Shown here one piece after another: positions 9,598-19,943 of a DNA stretch of 64,000 bases. The DNA comes from Candidatus Bathyarchaeota archaeon (GTDB lineage: Archaea; Thermoproteota; Bathyarchaeia; Bathyarchaeales; Bathycorpusculaceae). Made by a program: the position numbers and the translations under genes. The number at the start of each line of letters is the position of its first letter. Position 1 is the first letter of the stretch. The notes beneath the pieces were generated by a model. That model had not been told where the DNA came from. It did not search any database and was given only the letters and a program-made list of their open reading frames with translations. The stretch is from NCBI GenBank assembly GCA_963780185.1, contig CAWABA010000009.1:231120-295119 (forward strand). Reading direction: 5' to 3'.

Positions 9598-10017
9598 TTA
9601 TGGGTACCGTCGATAGTAGGTCGTTCCCCGCCTTCTCGTCAGCGCACCCCCAATCAGCCCCGCAACCATTGAGATGACAGCTCCCAATGCTGCAAGAACG
9701 CCGCCTATGACTCCTATGGCTGTCCCCACTAAGCTGCCGAAGGAGCCATGAATGATGAGGCTGAAAAATCCTCCCAGCAAGGCAGCGCCAACAAGGGCAA
9801 GCACAACAATTACCGCTGCACCAAGTAAACCCGCCAGCAAGCCAGCTACTGCGCCTCGGATGACCCCGCCTGACATGGTTCCTGCAGCAAACCCGCCGAT
9901 GAACATACCTATTAAGACGCCGATAAACGGCAGGAGAAAGCCAAGAGGTATCCCTATTACCAACGATAAAATGAAGCCTGCGAAAGCGCCAAGCAGAACC
10001 TGACCAACCCCGCTCAA
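9598..10017 (-). CDS. Gly-rich membrane protein (DUF5518-like)
   Basis: 139 aa hydrophobic with GxxxG repeats. Confidence 0.65.
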   Translation of the reverse strand: MSGVGQVLLGAFAGFILSLVIGIPLGFLLPFIGVLIGMFIGGFAAGTMSGGVIRGAVAGLLAGLLGAAVIVVLALVGAALLGGFFSLIIHGSFGSLVGTAIGVIGGVLAALGAVISMVAGLIGGALTRRRGTTYYRRYP

Positions 10018-10119
10018 ATGTTCACCAGTCTTATTCGTTAACTTGATTTGGAATAAAGCTTTTTCCTAGCCAAACCGTTTTAGGCGCTGTTCCCAAAAAG
10101 AAAAGGGAAATAAGCCAAC

Positions 10120-10707
10120 GTGGCACCAATGTTTTGTTTTGGAAAGGTGATTTATGTGTCTGCAAAAACTCCCGTAAACATAGCCTCAGCCTACAGGCTT
10201 CTTCATCCCATGCATACCGTGCTGGTTTCATGCGTCGGGAAAGCTGGCAAACCCAACATTACAACCATTGCGTGGGCTATGCCGACTTCAATTAACCCGC
10301 CTCTTGTAGCCATCAGCCTCGCGCCGACGCGGCATTCGCATATGCTGATTGTGGAGTCAGGCGAATTCGTCGTGAACATTCCGACGTTGGAGATTCTTCA
10401 AGCCGTCTACGCCTGCGGCTCCTTGACAGGAAGAAGCTTTGACAAATTCAAAAAAACAAACCTCACGCCGATGCCCGCGAAAAAAGTGAAGGCGCCAGCC
10501 ATCCGCGAATGCGTCGGACACCTTGAATGCACCGTAGAAGACAAATTCACAACGGGCGACCACACAGTTTTCATCGGCAAAATAGTGGAAGCCTACGCTG
10601 ACATGGGCGTCTTTGCTGAAGGCTATGACCTCAAAAAAGCCCGAATGCTCTACCATCTGGGCGGCAACAACTTCGCGCTGCTTGACCCCAAAACCTACAA
10701 GCCTTAA
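10120..10707 (+). CDS. Flavin reductase family protein (flavoredoxin-like)
   Basis: PPLVAISL, GEFVVNIP, GSLTGRSFDKF and GDHTVFIG; true start is probably about 10135. Confidence 0.9.
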   Translation: MAPMFCFGKVIYVSAKTPVNIASAYRLLHPMHTVLVSCVGKAGKPNITTIAWAMPTSINPPLVAISLAPTRHSHMLIVESGEFVVNIPTLEILQAVYACGSLTGRSFDKFKKTNLTPMPAKKVKAPAIRECVGHLECTVEDKFTTGDHTVFIGKIVEAYADMGVFAEGYDLKKARMLYHLGGNNFALLDPKTYKP

Positions 10708-10765
10708 GACGAGCGGTTACGCATTTAAGCATCCACCGCATTATCCCAACACAGCGAAAAAGTGA

Positions 10766-11686
10766 GTGGCAATGGCATACGACAGGGAAGAACTTGAAAA
10801 GTTTCGTCAGTCAGGGCGAATTCTGCGTGAAACAAGAGAGGAAATGAGGAGCCAAGTCAAGGAGAACATGCTGATTATCGATGTTTGCGAACAAGTTGAG
10901 GGTTTAATCCGTGCTAAAGGAGGAAAACCCGCTTTTCCCTGCAACGTAAGCATAAACGAAGTTGCCGCGCATTACACGGCGCCGCCTGGCGACACATCGC
11001 GGATTCCTGAAGGCTCCACCGTTAAGGTTGACCTCGGCGTCCAATTGGACGGATACGTCACCGACACCGCGTTTACGGTAGCGTTTAATCCTGAGGGCAG
11101 GGCAATGGCTAACACTGCGGAACAAGCCTTGAAAGTAGCCGTTGAAAACATCCATGGAGAAATGTCGCTGAATAAAATCGGCAGCCTAATAGAGAGCACG
11201 ATTAGAAATCGGGGGTACAAACCTATTTCGAACCTCTGTGGGCACTCGGTGGGAAGATACTTGATTCATGCTGGTCTCTCGATTCCTAACGTGGCTGAAA
11301 CAATGTCGCTTTCCAAAGTTAAAACAGGGGAAGTCTACGCCATCGAACCCTTCGTTACTCTGCCAGATGCAGTTGGCCGCGTCGATGACAGCCCCCAGTC
11401 AACCATTTACCGCTTGCTTAAAGCAAAATCCGTTAAGACTGAATCAGCTAAAAAAATGCTCAAGCACATTGAGGCTAATTTTAGGACCTTGCCGTTTGCT
11501 GAACGATGGTTAATCGGCGTCGTTCCAAAAGAGCAGCATGCCGCCGCGTTTAAGGAGCTGCTTTCTTCTAAGGCAATCATGAGTTACCCCGTTTTTGTTG
11601 AAGTAAGCGGGAAGCCTGTTGCCCAAGCCGAACACACGCTGCTGATGACCCAAGCAGGGCTGCGAAGTTTTAACTTAGGCGTCTAA
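10766..11686 (+). CDS. map: Type II methionine aminopeptidase
   Basis: AFPCNVSINEVAAHYT, KVDLG, GYVTDTA, GHS, AIEPF and AQAEHT; likely 1-nt indel in the last codons (..GCEVLT*). Confidence 0.96.
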   Translation: MAMAYDREELEKFRQSGRILRETREEMRSQVKENMLIIDVCEQVEGLIRAKGGKPAFPCNVSINEVAAHYTAPPGDTSRIPEGSTVKVDLGVQLDGYVTDTAFTVAFNPEGRAMANTAEQALKVAVENIHGEMSLNKIGSLIESTIRNRGYKPISNLCGHSVGRYLIHAGLSIPNVAETMSLSKVKTGEVYAIEPFVTLPDAVGRVDDSPQSTIYRLLKAKSVKTESAKKMLKHIEANFRTLPFAERWLIGVVPKEQHAAAFKELLSSKAIMSYPVFVEVSGKPVAQAEHTLLMTQAGLRSFNLGV

Positions 11687-11687
11687 G

Positions 11688-11949
11688 ATGGCCGCTGCTC
11701 AAAGCTCAATCCTTTACGAACCCAAAGACCTTGATGATTTAGCGGGGTTTCTGAAGGCTAACAAAGAGAAGTACCATGAAATCTGGGTGGTCATAACAAA
11801 GAAAGCGCAATGCGGACCCTCAGCCTTTGTCTTTCAACGAGGCGGTCGGGGAAGCGATTGCACAGGGGCTTGTTGACAGCCGAACAAAAACTTTGGACGA
11901 TAAAAAATATGCGGTTCGTTTTACAAAAAGAAAAAGCAAAAAAGCTTAG
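11688..11949 (+). CDS. YdeI/OmpD-associated N-terminal-like protein, frameshifted
   Basis: EIWVVITKK joins after a shift to LSFNEAVGEAIAQGLVDSRTKTLDDKKYAVRFTKRK. Confidence 0.6.
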
Positions 11950-11954
11950 GGTGA

Positions 11955-12410
11955 TTAGACGGCGTATTTCTTTTCTTTGTCTTTGACTTCCTTGTAGATT
12001 GCGGTTATCATTTGTTTGCCTGAGCATTTTTGGCATGGCGTGTCAAGTTCTTTGTAGACGAAGTCTCCGCGTTGGAATTCCCGCATTGATTTGGCGTCGC
12101 ATCCTACGCTGCTGCATCCGATGGTTGTCATTACTTTGGGTATGTCAATTTTCATTTCTGCTACTTGCCTCCTTGACTGGAAAAGCGTGAAAGAAGACAT
12201 TGAAAGGGCAATTACACCGATTACGGCAAGCGCTCCTGCAGCTGCGTAGTCGCCTGATTGGGTTGAGCCTGTGACGGTTGTTCCAGTGTAGTATAGGCTG
12301 GCTGCCAGTATGAGTGCTACTGCGGCGAGTGCGATTACGATTACGACTATCATGGTTATGTAGTTTGAGATTTTTTTGGTTGATGCTGATGTTTGGTCAT
12401 TTTTCGCCAT
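11955..12410 (-). CDS. Membrane protein with C-terminal Zn-ribbon
   Basis: 2 TM, then CSSVGC...REFQRGDFV...CQKC...ITAIY; co-oriented with the DUF1512 gene. Confidence 0.8.
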   Translation of the reverse strand: MAKNDQTSASTKKISNYITMIVVIVIALAAVALILAASLYYTGTTVTGSTQSGDYAAAGALAVIGVIALSMSSFTLFQSRRQVAEMKIDIPKVMTTIGCSSVGCDAKSMREFQRGDFVYKELDTPCQKCSGKQMITAIYKEVKDKEKKYAV

Positions 12411-12423
12411 TGTTTTATCCTCC

Positions 12424-13593
12424 TTATTGTCCTACTCCGATGGAGTTGCCTACACCGACGATAATGATTTTGTCGCCTTCCTTGGTTCTCTCGAGCACTA
12501 CGCTTCGTATTCTTTCAATGGCTTTGTCAACGGCATCGTTGATTTCTTTGCGCATGGGTGAAACTGCGTCGCCTATGTCTTCCTTGATTATTATGGCGTA
12601 GTTGGGAATCTTGTATTTTGTAAGTTTCTCTTCAATCTTGTATTGGTCAACGCCTGGTCCGCCGATTGCTGCGCCGATTCCTTCTGCAACTTCGCCGACG
12701 TCTTCGCCTTCCAGCTTTAAGCCTGCATCAATCATTATTAGCGTGGCGATTTTGCCTTCGTTTTCTTCGATGGCTGCTTCAACTGCGTCGCCTGGCTTGC
12801 CGACGTTGCCGCCTGGGCCTGTAGCTTTTATGATTATGGCTGTGCGTCCTGCAAATGGAACTGTTGCCATTACGCAGTCTTTTGGCAGTGGACGTGTTTC
12901 GTAGCCGTGCATGAGTTTAGCCGCTATTAGTGGGCCTGCTCCGTCGCCGATTGGTTGTCCATAGGCGAAGGCTTTGAGTGCGCTTGCGTATGCTTCGGCT
13001 TCTTTCATTACCATGGGCAGTATCATTTGGAGCTGCATTATTACGTAGAGGCTTAGGGTTTTTTTGCCTTGGATGTAGTAGTGTCTAACTACTTTGTAGA
13101 TGAAGTTCAACGCCATCGCGGCTTCCAAAGTGTTTTCTAAATTGTTCACTTGGACTTCGTCGCTGGCTGGCGCCATGAGTTTAACTTCATCTTTCATCCG
13201 TTCGTCTCTGACATCAAGGATGTGGTCAAGTTTGTAAACAATCCCGGATGGATCCATGCCTTGGGGTCCAATCGTGAAGTACTCGAGGAAGCGGTCGACA
13301 CGAGCGGAAGGGTCAGCTGTTGGTTTGCCAATTTCTTTTATGGCTTCGATAGTGACTTTTCGGCCTTCCTCTTTGATGTACTTGAGTTTATGAAGCGAGT
13401 TCTCTACTTCGCGAATCATAACGTACATCTGGATTCTTTGACCGTAGAAAATCAAAACTATGAAGAACACATATGAAAGTAGACTCAGATAGGTTAGCCA
13501 TTCGTTTGACGAGCCGCCGAGTTGACTTGCATGTACTGGCAGAGCAACCGCCAATACCCGTGTGAATGCGTTAGCTATTGGAATAAGACTCAA
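12424..13593 (-). CDS. DUF1512 family protein
   Basis: PIGDGAGPL, IDAGLKLEGE, EGIGAAIGGPG and GVGNSIGVGQ motifs. Confidence 0.85.
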   Translation of the reverse strand: MSLIPIANAFTRVLAVALPVHASQLGGSSNEWLTYLSLLSYVFFIVLIFYGQRIQMYVMIREVENSLHKLKYIKEEGRKVTIEAIKEIGKPTADPSARVDRFLEYFTIGPQGMDPSGIVYKLDHILDVRDERMKDEVKLMAPASDEVQVNNLENTLEAAMALNFIYKVVRHYYIQGKKTLSLYVIMQLQMILPMVMKEAEAYASALKAFAYGQPIGDGAGPLIAAKLMHGYETRPLPKDCVMATVPFAGRTAIIIKATGPGGNVGKPGDAVEAAIEENEGKIATLIMIDAGLKLEGEDVGEVAEGIGAAIGGPGVDQYKIEEKLTKYKIPNYAIIIKEDIGDAVSPMRKEINDAVDKAIERIRSVVLERTKEGDKIIIVGVGNSIGVGQ

Positions 13594-13675
13594 TTATTAC
13601 ACCACTTCTCAAAAACAATTAAACCATAGTTATAAAGCTATGCCAAATCTACCCGCATAATGTTAGGGAGAAAAG

Positions 13676-13799
13676 TGGCTGCCAGCTTTCCCAGGTTCAC
13701 GTGGCCGAAGACCACACTACAGCTGGAAACGGAACACGGTTTAACTTCTGAGTTCGAAATGGGATCAGGTGGAACCCGTGCCCTTTGACCGGCAAACCA
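13676..13799 (-). rRNA. rrf: 5S rRNA (unlinked from 16S/23S in this window)
   Basis: Minus strand CACCTGATCCCATTTCGAACTCAGAAGTTAA core; terminal helix TGGTTTGCC/GGCAGCCA. Confidence 0.95.
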
Positions 13800-13900
13800 A
13801 CCATTACACCTGAACTTTCCTTCATATACCTTTCGCTTTTAATTCTAAAAGAATGGATATAACAGGGGTTTTCTCCATGAATCCCCTCTTCTGCTAGCGT

Positions 13901-14815
13901 TTACCGAAGCAATGCGCCTAAATTGCGAGGCAACTCGTTGATGTAGTCCAGCAGGCTCAGGGACTTCATCTTTGCAACGGTGTCAGCAGGCAATTGTGCA
14001 GGTAACGTTCCAGCCAACATTAGTTTTGTTTCTTGCTCGGTAAATTCTACTGTCTCGCCGACCACGTTGAGGTAGGGCTTGTTTTCTGGGCAGGCAGCTT
14101 GGCATCGAATGCAGCCTACGATGCAGTTGTGCCATTCAGGTTTGATCCACGCTGGAAAAGGGATTTGGCCTTTCATCTCGTTGCGGAATGTGAGGCATCT
14201 TTCAGCATGAAGAAGAAAACGGTCAGCTGATATGGCGCCCGTCGGGCAGGCGGTTTGGCAAAGGTCGCAGTTTCTGCAGCGAGGCATTATTTTGGGTTCT
14301 TGCCAGTTGTCGCTTTCACAGGGCATGTCGGAGTAGACGGCGGTTAAACGCATGAAGCTGCCCATGCCTTGAGCGTAGGCTATGTTGTTTTTCCCGTACA
14401 TTACCAGCCCGGTTCGGTTGGCAAGGAGCTTGAGTGGAAGATTAGGTGTAGCAACCCTGTAGCCTTCCCTGCCGACGGCTTGAGCGACTAAACGTTCAAC
14501 ATGGAGGCGTTTCTCGTCGTAGGCAGTGTAGGTGGGAGGCAGGATAAAAACTCGTTTTTTGCCTTGCCAATTGAAAATTGCCTTGGTTATGGGTCTGGGC
14601 ATAGCGACGACGATTATTGATTTTGCGTCTTTTAGTTCGTCTGGAGGGGCAAACTTGAACCTGTAAAGGTATGTCCGTGCAAATTCCAAGTCAAATTGAC
14701 CTTGGTCCCGACGTGTTTCGATTTCCCTCTGCAGCTCGGGCAAATGGATTGTCGAAGCGATTCTGAACGTGAGGTTTTCCTCGGCAAGCCCGCGGAAGGC
14801 TTCGTCGGCATTCAT
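13901..14815 (-). CDS. Epoxyqueuosine reductase (QueG)-like two-[4Fe-4S] protein
   Basis: KSIIVVAM, GLVMYGKNN, CRNCDLCQTACPTGAI and GCIRCQAACPEN. Confidence 0.8.
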   Translation of the reverse strand: MNADEAFRGLAEENLTFRIASTIHLPELQREIETRRDQGQFDLEFARTYLYRFKFAPPDELKDAKSIIVVAMPRPITKAIFNWQGKKRVFILPPTYTAYDEKRLHVERLVAQAVGREGYRVATPNLPLKLLANRTGLVMYGKNNIAYAQGMGSFMRLTAVYSDMPCESDNWQEPKIMPRCRNCDLCQTACPTGAISADRFLLHAERCLTFRNEMKGQIPFPAWIKPEWHNCIVGCIRCQAACPENKPYLNVVGETVEFTEQETKLMLAGTLPAQLPADTVAKMKSLSLLDYINELPRNLGALLR

Positions 14816-14921
14816 GCGTCAGTGTATGGCTTCTTAGGCTTATTTTATTTATGTTCAGCCGCCGCTGGGGCGTAAATTCTTAAAGCAACTTGCCGCCATT
14901 AAGGATGCTGAGGAAAAAAGG

Positions 14922-15524
14922 GTGTCTTCCAAAAACGTAAGAAACCAAAAGTTGGGCGCAGTTGCTGGAATTGTAACGCCTATACTTGGCTTCACATGCA
15001 TACTGTTAGCCATTGCGTCTTACCCCTCCTTCAGCTGGACAAACAACGCCCTAAGCGACTTAGGCGTAGGAAAAGGCTACACTGGACCGTTTTTCAACTT
15101 CGGGCTCTATGCAAGCGGCTTTTTAGGACTGGTTTTTTCCGTATTTGGCTTGTTTAGTTATCTTGGGAAAAGCGTTGTTGGGAAAGTCGGAGCCGTAGCA
15201 TTTGCGGCGGCTACGGTGGCGCTTATCGGAATCGGCGTCTTCAACGAAAGCTTTTCTGGAACGCACTTCGCCTTCTCCGTGTCATTTTTTGTTTTGGCGC
15301 CGATTGCATTGTTCATTATTGCTGTGGCGTTTGCGCTTGCAGAAGAGCTGTCTATAGCTGTTTTTACAGTTTCAATCGGCATAATGGCCGCTTTGCCATG
15401 GATATTGTTGTTCGCCATCAACTACGTTCCCGGCGTAGCCATCCCCGAAACCATCTCTGCACTTGCCGTTTCAGTTTGGGTCATCACACTTAGCTACAGA
15501 ATGGTAAAACAAGCCAAACAGTGA
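14922..15524 (+). CDS. DUF998 membrane protein
   Basis: FSWTNNALSDLG, GVFNE...H; multiple TM. Confidence 0.85.
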   Translation: MSSKNVRNQKLGAVAGIVTPILGFTCILLAIASYPSFSWTNNALSDLGVGKGYTGPFFNFGLYASGFLGLVFSVFGLFSYLGKSVVGKVGAVAFAAATVALIGIGVFNESFSGTHFAFSVSFFVLAPIALFIIAVAFALAEELSIAVFTVSIGIMAALPWILLFAINYVPGVAIPETISALAVSVWVITLSYRMVKQAKQ

Positions 15525-16526
15525 TTACTTCCGATTTTTGGCAGCGGCGTCCCAGTACATTTGAGCGCAGCAAAAAGAAGAAAACAAAGTCTTCCAGCCT
15601 TGGCTTTCAGCGTACCTGACGGCTTCTTCGCTTGGGAATGCAACCGCGTCTACCCCGGCTTTCAACGCTAAAACGTCGGTTTCGGCTCGTGCCTTGCCTT
15701 TGGGTCTCATGCAGCCCAGAATCAGCGGAGTCTTCGGAAACATTAAGCGGGCTGAAGCGGCGACTTTGGCTATGTCTTCGGGTTTAGGCGGCGCCGTTTT
15801 CTCCATGGCTGTGCCCCGTATAGGCATGAACGCAATTATTACCAAAGCCGAGGGTTCAACGGCAGAAATCATTTTGAGCGCTTCTAACTCCCCGTCTAAT
15901 TTGCCTTCGTTTAAGCCGACGATGACGTGAGGCATAAAATTTAATCCCGACTTCGCCAGAGCCTTCAGCGAGTCAGCGTAATCCTGCGGGGTCACGTTTA
16001 GGCTGAGGGTTTTCTTTATGGTTTGGGCGGAGCCGATAACGTCAATTAACGCTGCGTCAACCCCGGCTTTTTTGAGCGCCACGGCTGTTTCAAGATTTAT
16101 TATTCCTGTGTGAACAAAAACGGTTAAGCCAAGCTCCCGCTTAACCTTAGCAATGGCGTCAACGAAGCCGCCAATAGGCACCGAGCCGTCGGGCAAGCAT
16201 CCGCCGCTGACAAGACAGCCTACAGCCCCCTCCCGCTTAAGTTTCAAGCATAAATCGTAGAGTTCCCCGGGCTGAAGCGTGGGATTCATGGTTTCGAGAA
16301 CTTTGCCGCCGCAATGTTTGCAGTTCAGGGCACAAGCTGTTCCCGTCACGGAAATCGTTGGGAAAGCCGTCGGGGAAGAGCGATAATATTTTGTTTTGTA
16401 GTAAGTGAAGCTTGGCGCGTAAAAACGGATTGTTTTGGGTTTCGGTGTGAAAACGCCTGATTCAAGCAGGTTTAGCAGTTCCTTTTGGTTTAGCCGCCAG
16501 ATTTCTTCAGTTGAAAGGCGAGGCAT
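15525..16526 (-). CDS. lipS1: Radical SAM protein, LipS1-like lipoyl synthase component
   Basis: CALNCKHC radical SAM motif plus GCMR and C-terminal CC motifs described for Thermococcus LipS1. Confidence 0.7.
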   Translation of the reverse strand: MPRLSTEEIWRLNQKELLNLLESGVFTPKPKTIRFYAPSFTYYKTKYYRSSPTAFPTISVTGTACALNCKHCGGKVLETMNPTLQPGELYDLCLKLKREGAVGCLVSGGCLPDGSVPIGGFVDAIAKVKRELGLTVFVHTGIINLETAVALKKAGVDAALIDVIGSAQTIKKTLSLNVTPQDYADSLKALAKSGLNFMPHVIVGLNEGKLDGELEALKMISAVEPSALVIIAFMPIRGTAMEKTAPPKPEDIAKVAASARLMFPKTPLILGCMRPKGKARAETDVLALKAGVDAVAFPSEEAVRYAESQGWKTLFSSFCCAQMYWDAAAKNRK

Positions 16527-16584
16527 ACTTTCCAGTCTAAGAACCTTCAGCCTCGCTTAATAGGGTAGCGTCCCGTTTTCGCCT

Positions 16585-16966
16585 TTAGTCAATGTTCCAG
16601 CGTTTCGCAATTTTCACGGTCAAGAAGACAATGAATGCAACTATTATGAAGGTAATGAATGCAACCAAGAAGTCGCCGATGCCGAATGACTGCTTCGTGA
16701 CTGTTACTGCGTATGTTGACAAGTTCAGCTAGTCCGGGGATGGCTAAACCTATCAATGGCATAATGAAGTCTTTGACGACTGAAAGAACCAAAGCTCCCA
16801 TATACAATGCAACGACGAAAGCAGCAGCCAACCCTAGGACCTTGTATTTCGACAGGAAATCTTTGAACTCATTCCATAGTCCCTTCGGAGGTGTAGACGG
16901 CGGGGCTTTTTCAACTGCTTCCCTGATTTTCTTTAACTCTGCAAGAATTTCATCATCTGTTGTCAA
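16585..16966 (-). CDS. mscL: Large-conductance mechanosensitive channel, frameshifted
   Basis: EFKDFL..YKVLGLAAAFVV...VKDFIMPLI; after a shift FGIGDFLVAFITFIIVAFIVF. Confidence 0.88.
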
Positions 16967-17133
16967 AACGAAAACTCCTACATGTGTTATCGTTTCGTTT
17001 TTATTTTAAGCCTTTCGGTTACTCGCCAACCCCAAATTTGAGGGCTTCGGCGACTGCCAATTTACCGCAATATAAATATAAGCGCCAAAGGTTCAGGAAC
17101 TTGGACGTGTTTGAGAGCTTTTCAGGTTAAATC

Positions 17134-18255
17134 ATGAACCGAAATGACCTTGCTAAATTATTTGTAGATTCATTCAAAGGTTGGCTCGAGGACAACGCGC
17201 CTATACGGGCGGCTGCGTTAACCTTCTTCATTATTTTGCCTTTGCCTTCTCTCTTACTGGTCATAATAACGGTTTTCGCACAGTTTTACGGACAAACCCA
17301 AGCAACTCAACAGCTGATTTCGCAAATAAACTCGCTTGCAGGACCCGCTGTCGCCGCATTGTTTAAGCAGCTGCTGGCAAGCGCAATGTCGCCTTTCACG
17401 TCTGTTTGGGCTGCGATTACAGTCGTAGGGTTCTCTTTAGTGGGTGCAGTCGGCGCTTTCGCAGTTTTAAGAGACACAATGAATGTCATCTGGAAAGTCA
17501 AGCTGCCTAAAACGAAGCAGCTTTCACTCAGAATCAGGGAAACCATCGGACCGTTTCTGCTGGTTTCTTCACTTGGACTAATCGTTATTGTTGGAACGGT
17601 GACTTCAGCGGCTTTGTTTAGCGCCATAAAAATTTACTCCATAAACAAAACCTTAACCTTGGTTTCCCTTACCGCAGCCCAAATCTTGTTGTCGTTTAGT
17701 TTATCAACGCTGCTTTTTGCCATAATCTACAAGGTTCTTCCAGACAGAAAAATCCATTGGGAAGACGTCGCTTTGCCAGCGGTATTGGCAGGAATCGCCT
17801 TCACCGTGGTCAATTACGTCCTCGGCTGGTACGTTCAAACTTTCAAGGTTACAACAATCGCGGGCGCCGCGGGGTCGCTTATGATTATTCTTCTTTGGAT
17901 CTACATACTTAACCAGATTGGGCTCTTCGGCGCCGAAATCTCCAAAGTCTACGCCACAACCGTTGGCCCGCACCCAGAAATCCACTTACCCGCGGAAGCG
18001 GAAAAAATCCTTAAGCCTTTTGAGAGAGTCGGCGAAGAAATTGAAGAGGCGGCAAAGGGTCCGATTGAAGAAGGCGCAGGAGAAAAAGCGGAAACTGCCC
18101 CTGTTGCGGAGCCGCGTAATCAGCCCTCTGTTGCGGCATCCGTGGAAGAAGAATCGCCTCCGACTGGTCCTGAAGATTCTGAGGCTGGCAGCGTTAAGGT
18201 AAGCGTCGTAATTAAGACTGGTCGCAAAAAAAGAAAAAACGAGGAACAAAGCTAA
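17134..18255 (+). CDS. YihY/virulence factor BrkB family membrane protein
   Basis: AAALTFF, IYKVLPD, GAAGSLMIILLWIY and FGAEI motifs. Confidence 0.9.
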   Translation: MNRNDLAKLFVDSFKGWLEDNAPIRAAALTFFIILPLPSLLLVIITVFAQFYGQTQATQQLISQINSLAGPAVAALFKQLLASAMSPFTSVWAAITVVGFSLVGAVGAFAVLRDTMNVIWKVKLPKTKQLSLRIRETIGPFLLVSSLGLIVIVGTVTSAALFSAIKIYSINKTLTLVSLTAAQILLSFSLSTLLFAIIYKVLPDRKIHWEDVALPAVLAGIAFTVVNYVLGWYVQTFKVTTIAGAAGSLMIILLWIYILNQIGLFGAEISKVYATTVGPHPEIHLPAEAEKILKPFERVGEEIEEAAKGPIEEGAGEKAETAPVAEPRNQPSVAASVEEESPPTGPEDSEAGSVKVSVVIKTGRKKRKNEEQS

Positions 18256-18328
18256 CTGCTGAATTTAGCGGTCAATTTGTAAATGATTTAAATACTTATT
18301 GCAAGAACTTTTTTTGGGGAGGCTTTAG

Positions 18329-19172
18329 ATGAGTATTGAACTTCCTGAAGCGAGGATTCTTGCCGATCAGATGAACAAAGAGTTGAAGGGCAAACGCATC
18401 AAAGACTATCTTCTTCAAGACTGCGAAAAACTGCAGAAAATTGGGTTCATAAACAAGGATAACAAATCCTTTGACCAACTTGTGAACAGAGAAGTAGAAT
18501 CTGTCATTTCTAGAGGCAACGCCATACGCGTGAAGCTTGATGAAGGGATTAACATGATTCTGAGCCCTGAGTACGGCGGCGAGATTTTTTATCATTCAAA
18601 TGAAGCGACGGTTTCGGGGAAGTTTCACTTAAAGATAGATTTCTCGGACAAAACCGCGTTGACGGTGAGATTCATCAACATGGGCGGCATGCGAGTGTTG
18701 AAAGATGCCGAGTTGATGGATTCGTACGTGTTCAAGCGAGATTTCAATTCTGAGGTTCACTCACCTGATTGATGCGGATTTCACTTTCGAGCGGTTTTCG
18801 AAACTGCTCTCAGGCAACAATCGGGCGCTCAAATCTGTGCTCGTGGGCAAAGACGCTGTCTTAGTGGGGCTTAGCAACAGCGCTTTCCAAGACATACTGT
18901 ACAGAGCGAAGTTGCACCCGAAAAGAAAGGCGTCAGAGCTAAATTTGAATGAACAGAAAGCTCTTTACGACTCAGTCGTGCTTGTGGTTCGAGAAAGGCT
19001 TCGGTTGAACGGGAAAAACCAGTTTTTGGATCTGTACCAACATCAAGGTCGATACGTCCCGGCTATGGGTCCGAACATGAGACAAAAGAACTGCACCACA
19101 TGTGATTCTCCCATATTGGAGCTGAGCCATGGCGGAGGCAAAGTATTCATCTGCCCAAAATGCCAAGTCTAA
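18329..19172 (+). CDS. Fpg/Nei family DNA glycosylase, frameshifted near 18765
   Basis: MSIELPEA, SRGN, H2TH-like GLSNSAFQDILYRAKLHP, C-terminal Zn finger CTTC...CPKCQ. Confidence 0.85.
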
Positions 19173-19185
19173 AAATTAGTGTTTG

Positions 19186-19263
19186 TGGTGGGCCTAGCCG
19201 GATTTGAACCGGCGACCTTTCGATTATCAGTCGAACGCTCCAGCCAAACTGAGCTATAGGCCC
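19186..19263 (-). tRNA. tRNA-Ile(GAT), intronless, CCA encoded
   Basis: GGGCCTATAGCTCAG...TTCGA-CTGATAA-TCGAA...GGTTCAAATCC...TAGGCCCA-CCA. Confidence 0.97.
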
Positions 19264-19697
19264 GCGCCTGCGGTGAAACAAGTTTAATATTATGTTGCTT
19301 TATAAGAATTGCCGTAAAGGCTTTAATGCAACACCATTATTTGCGGTATCTAGCAAGATAGGGCTCACGCATAGCACCATATTTGTTGCCGATAGTGATG
19401 CAACCTTAAAGCTTCCTGCAATACAAATGCAAAACGCGTCTTTTTTGATTTTTATTTGAACCATAACTGAAGGCTGTTTGCGTTTAGAGCATCTATGAAC
19501 CAATGTAAAACTTGAAAGCGGAAAACGATTTGTTTTTGCCATCGTTCATCTTCAGGCAGAATCTAATTGAGTTTTCGTTCAGGCGCACGCTCGACAACGG
19601 CTCTTTTAATTCAAATTTTCAACATAGATATATCCTCATATACTGCCGAGCCGATAGGGTATTTGCTGTTGTTGGTTCAAAAGAACGAGTGATTTGG

Positions 19698-19926
19698 ATG
19701 GAAGAGTTGATGGACAGGATAATTATAGATCCTGAGATAATGGTTGGAAAGCCAGTCATCAAAGGGACACGTATCACAGTGAACCTTATTATTCAACTTC
19801 TTAGCGAACGGGGTTACGGAAACCCAGATATTAGAAGACTATCCCGACCTAAAGAAAGAGGACATAAAAGCCGCGCTGTCGTACGCGTCTAAATGCCTTG
19901 ATCGCGAAGAAATCATTCCTGTATAA
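19698..19926 (+). CDS. DUF433 antitoxin-like protein, frameshifted
   Basis: RIIIDPEIMVGKPVIKGTRITV; after a shift ILEDYPDLKKEDIKAALSYA. Confidence 0.85.
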
Positions 19927-19943
19927 ATGCAGAGGAACGTTCT

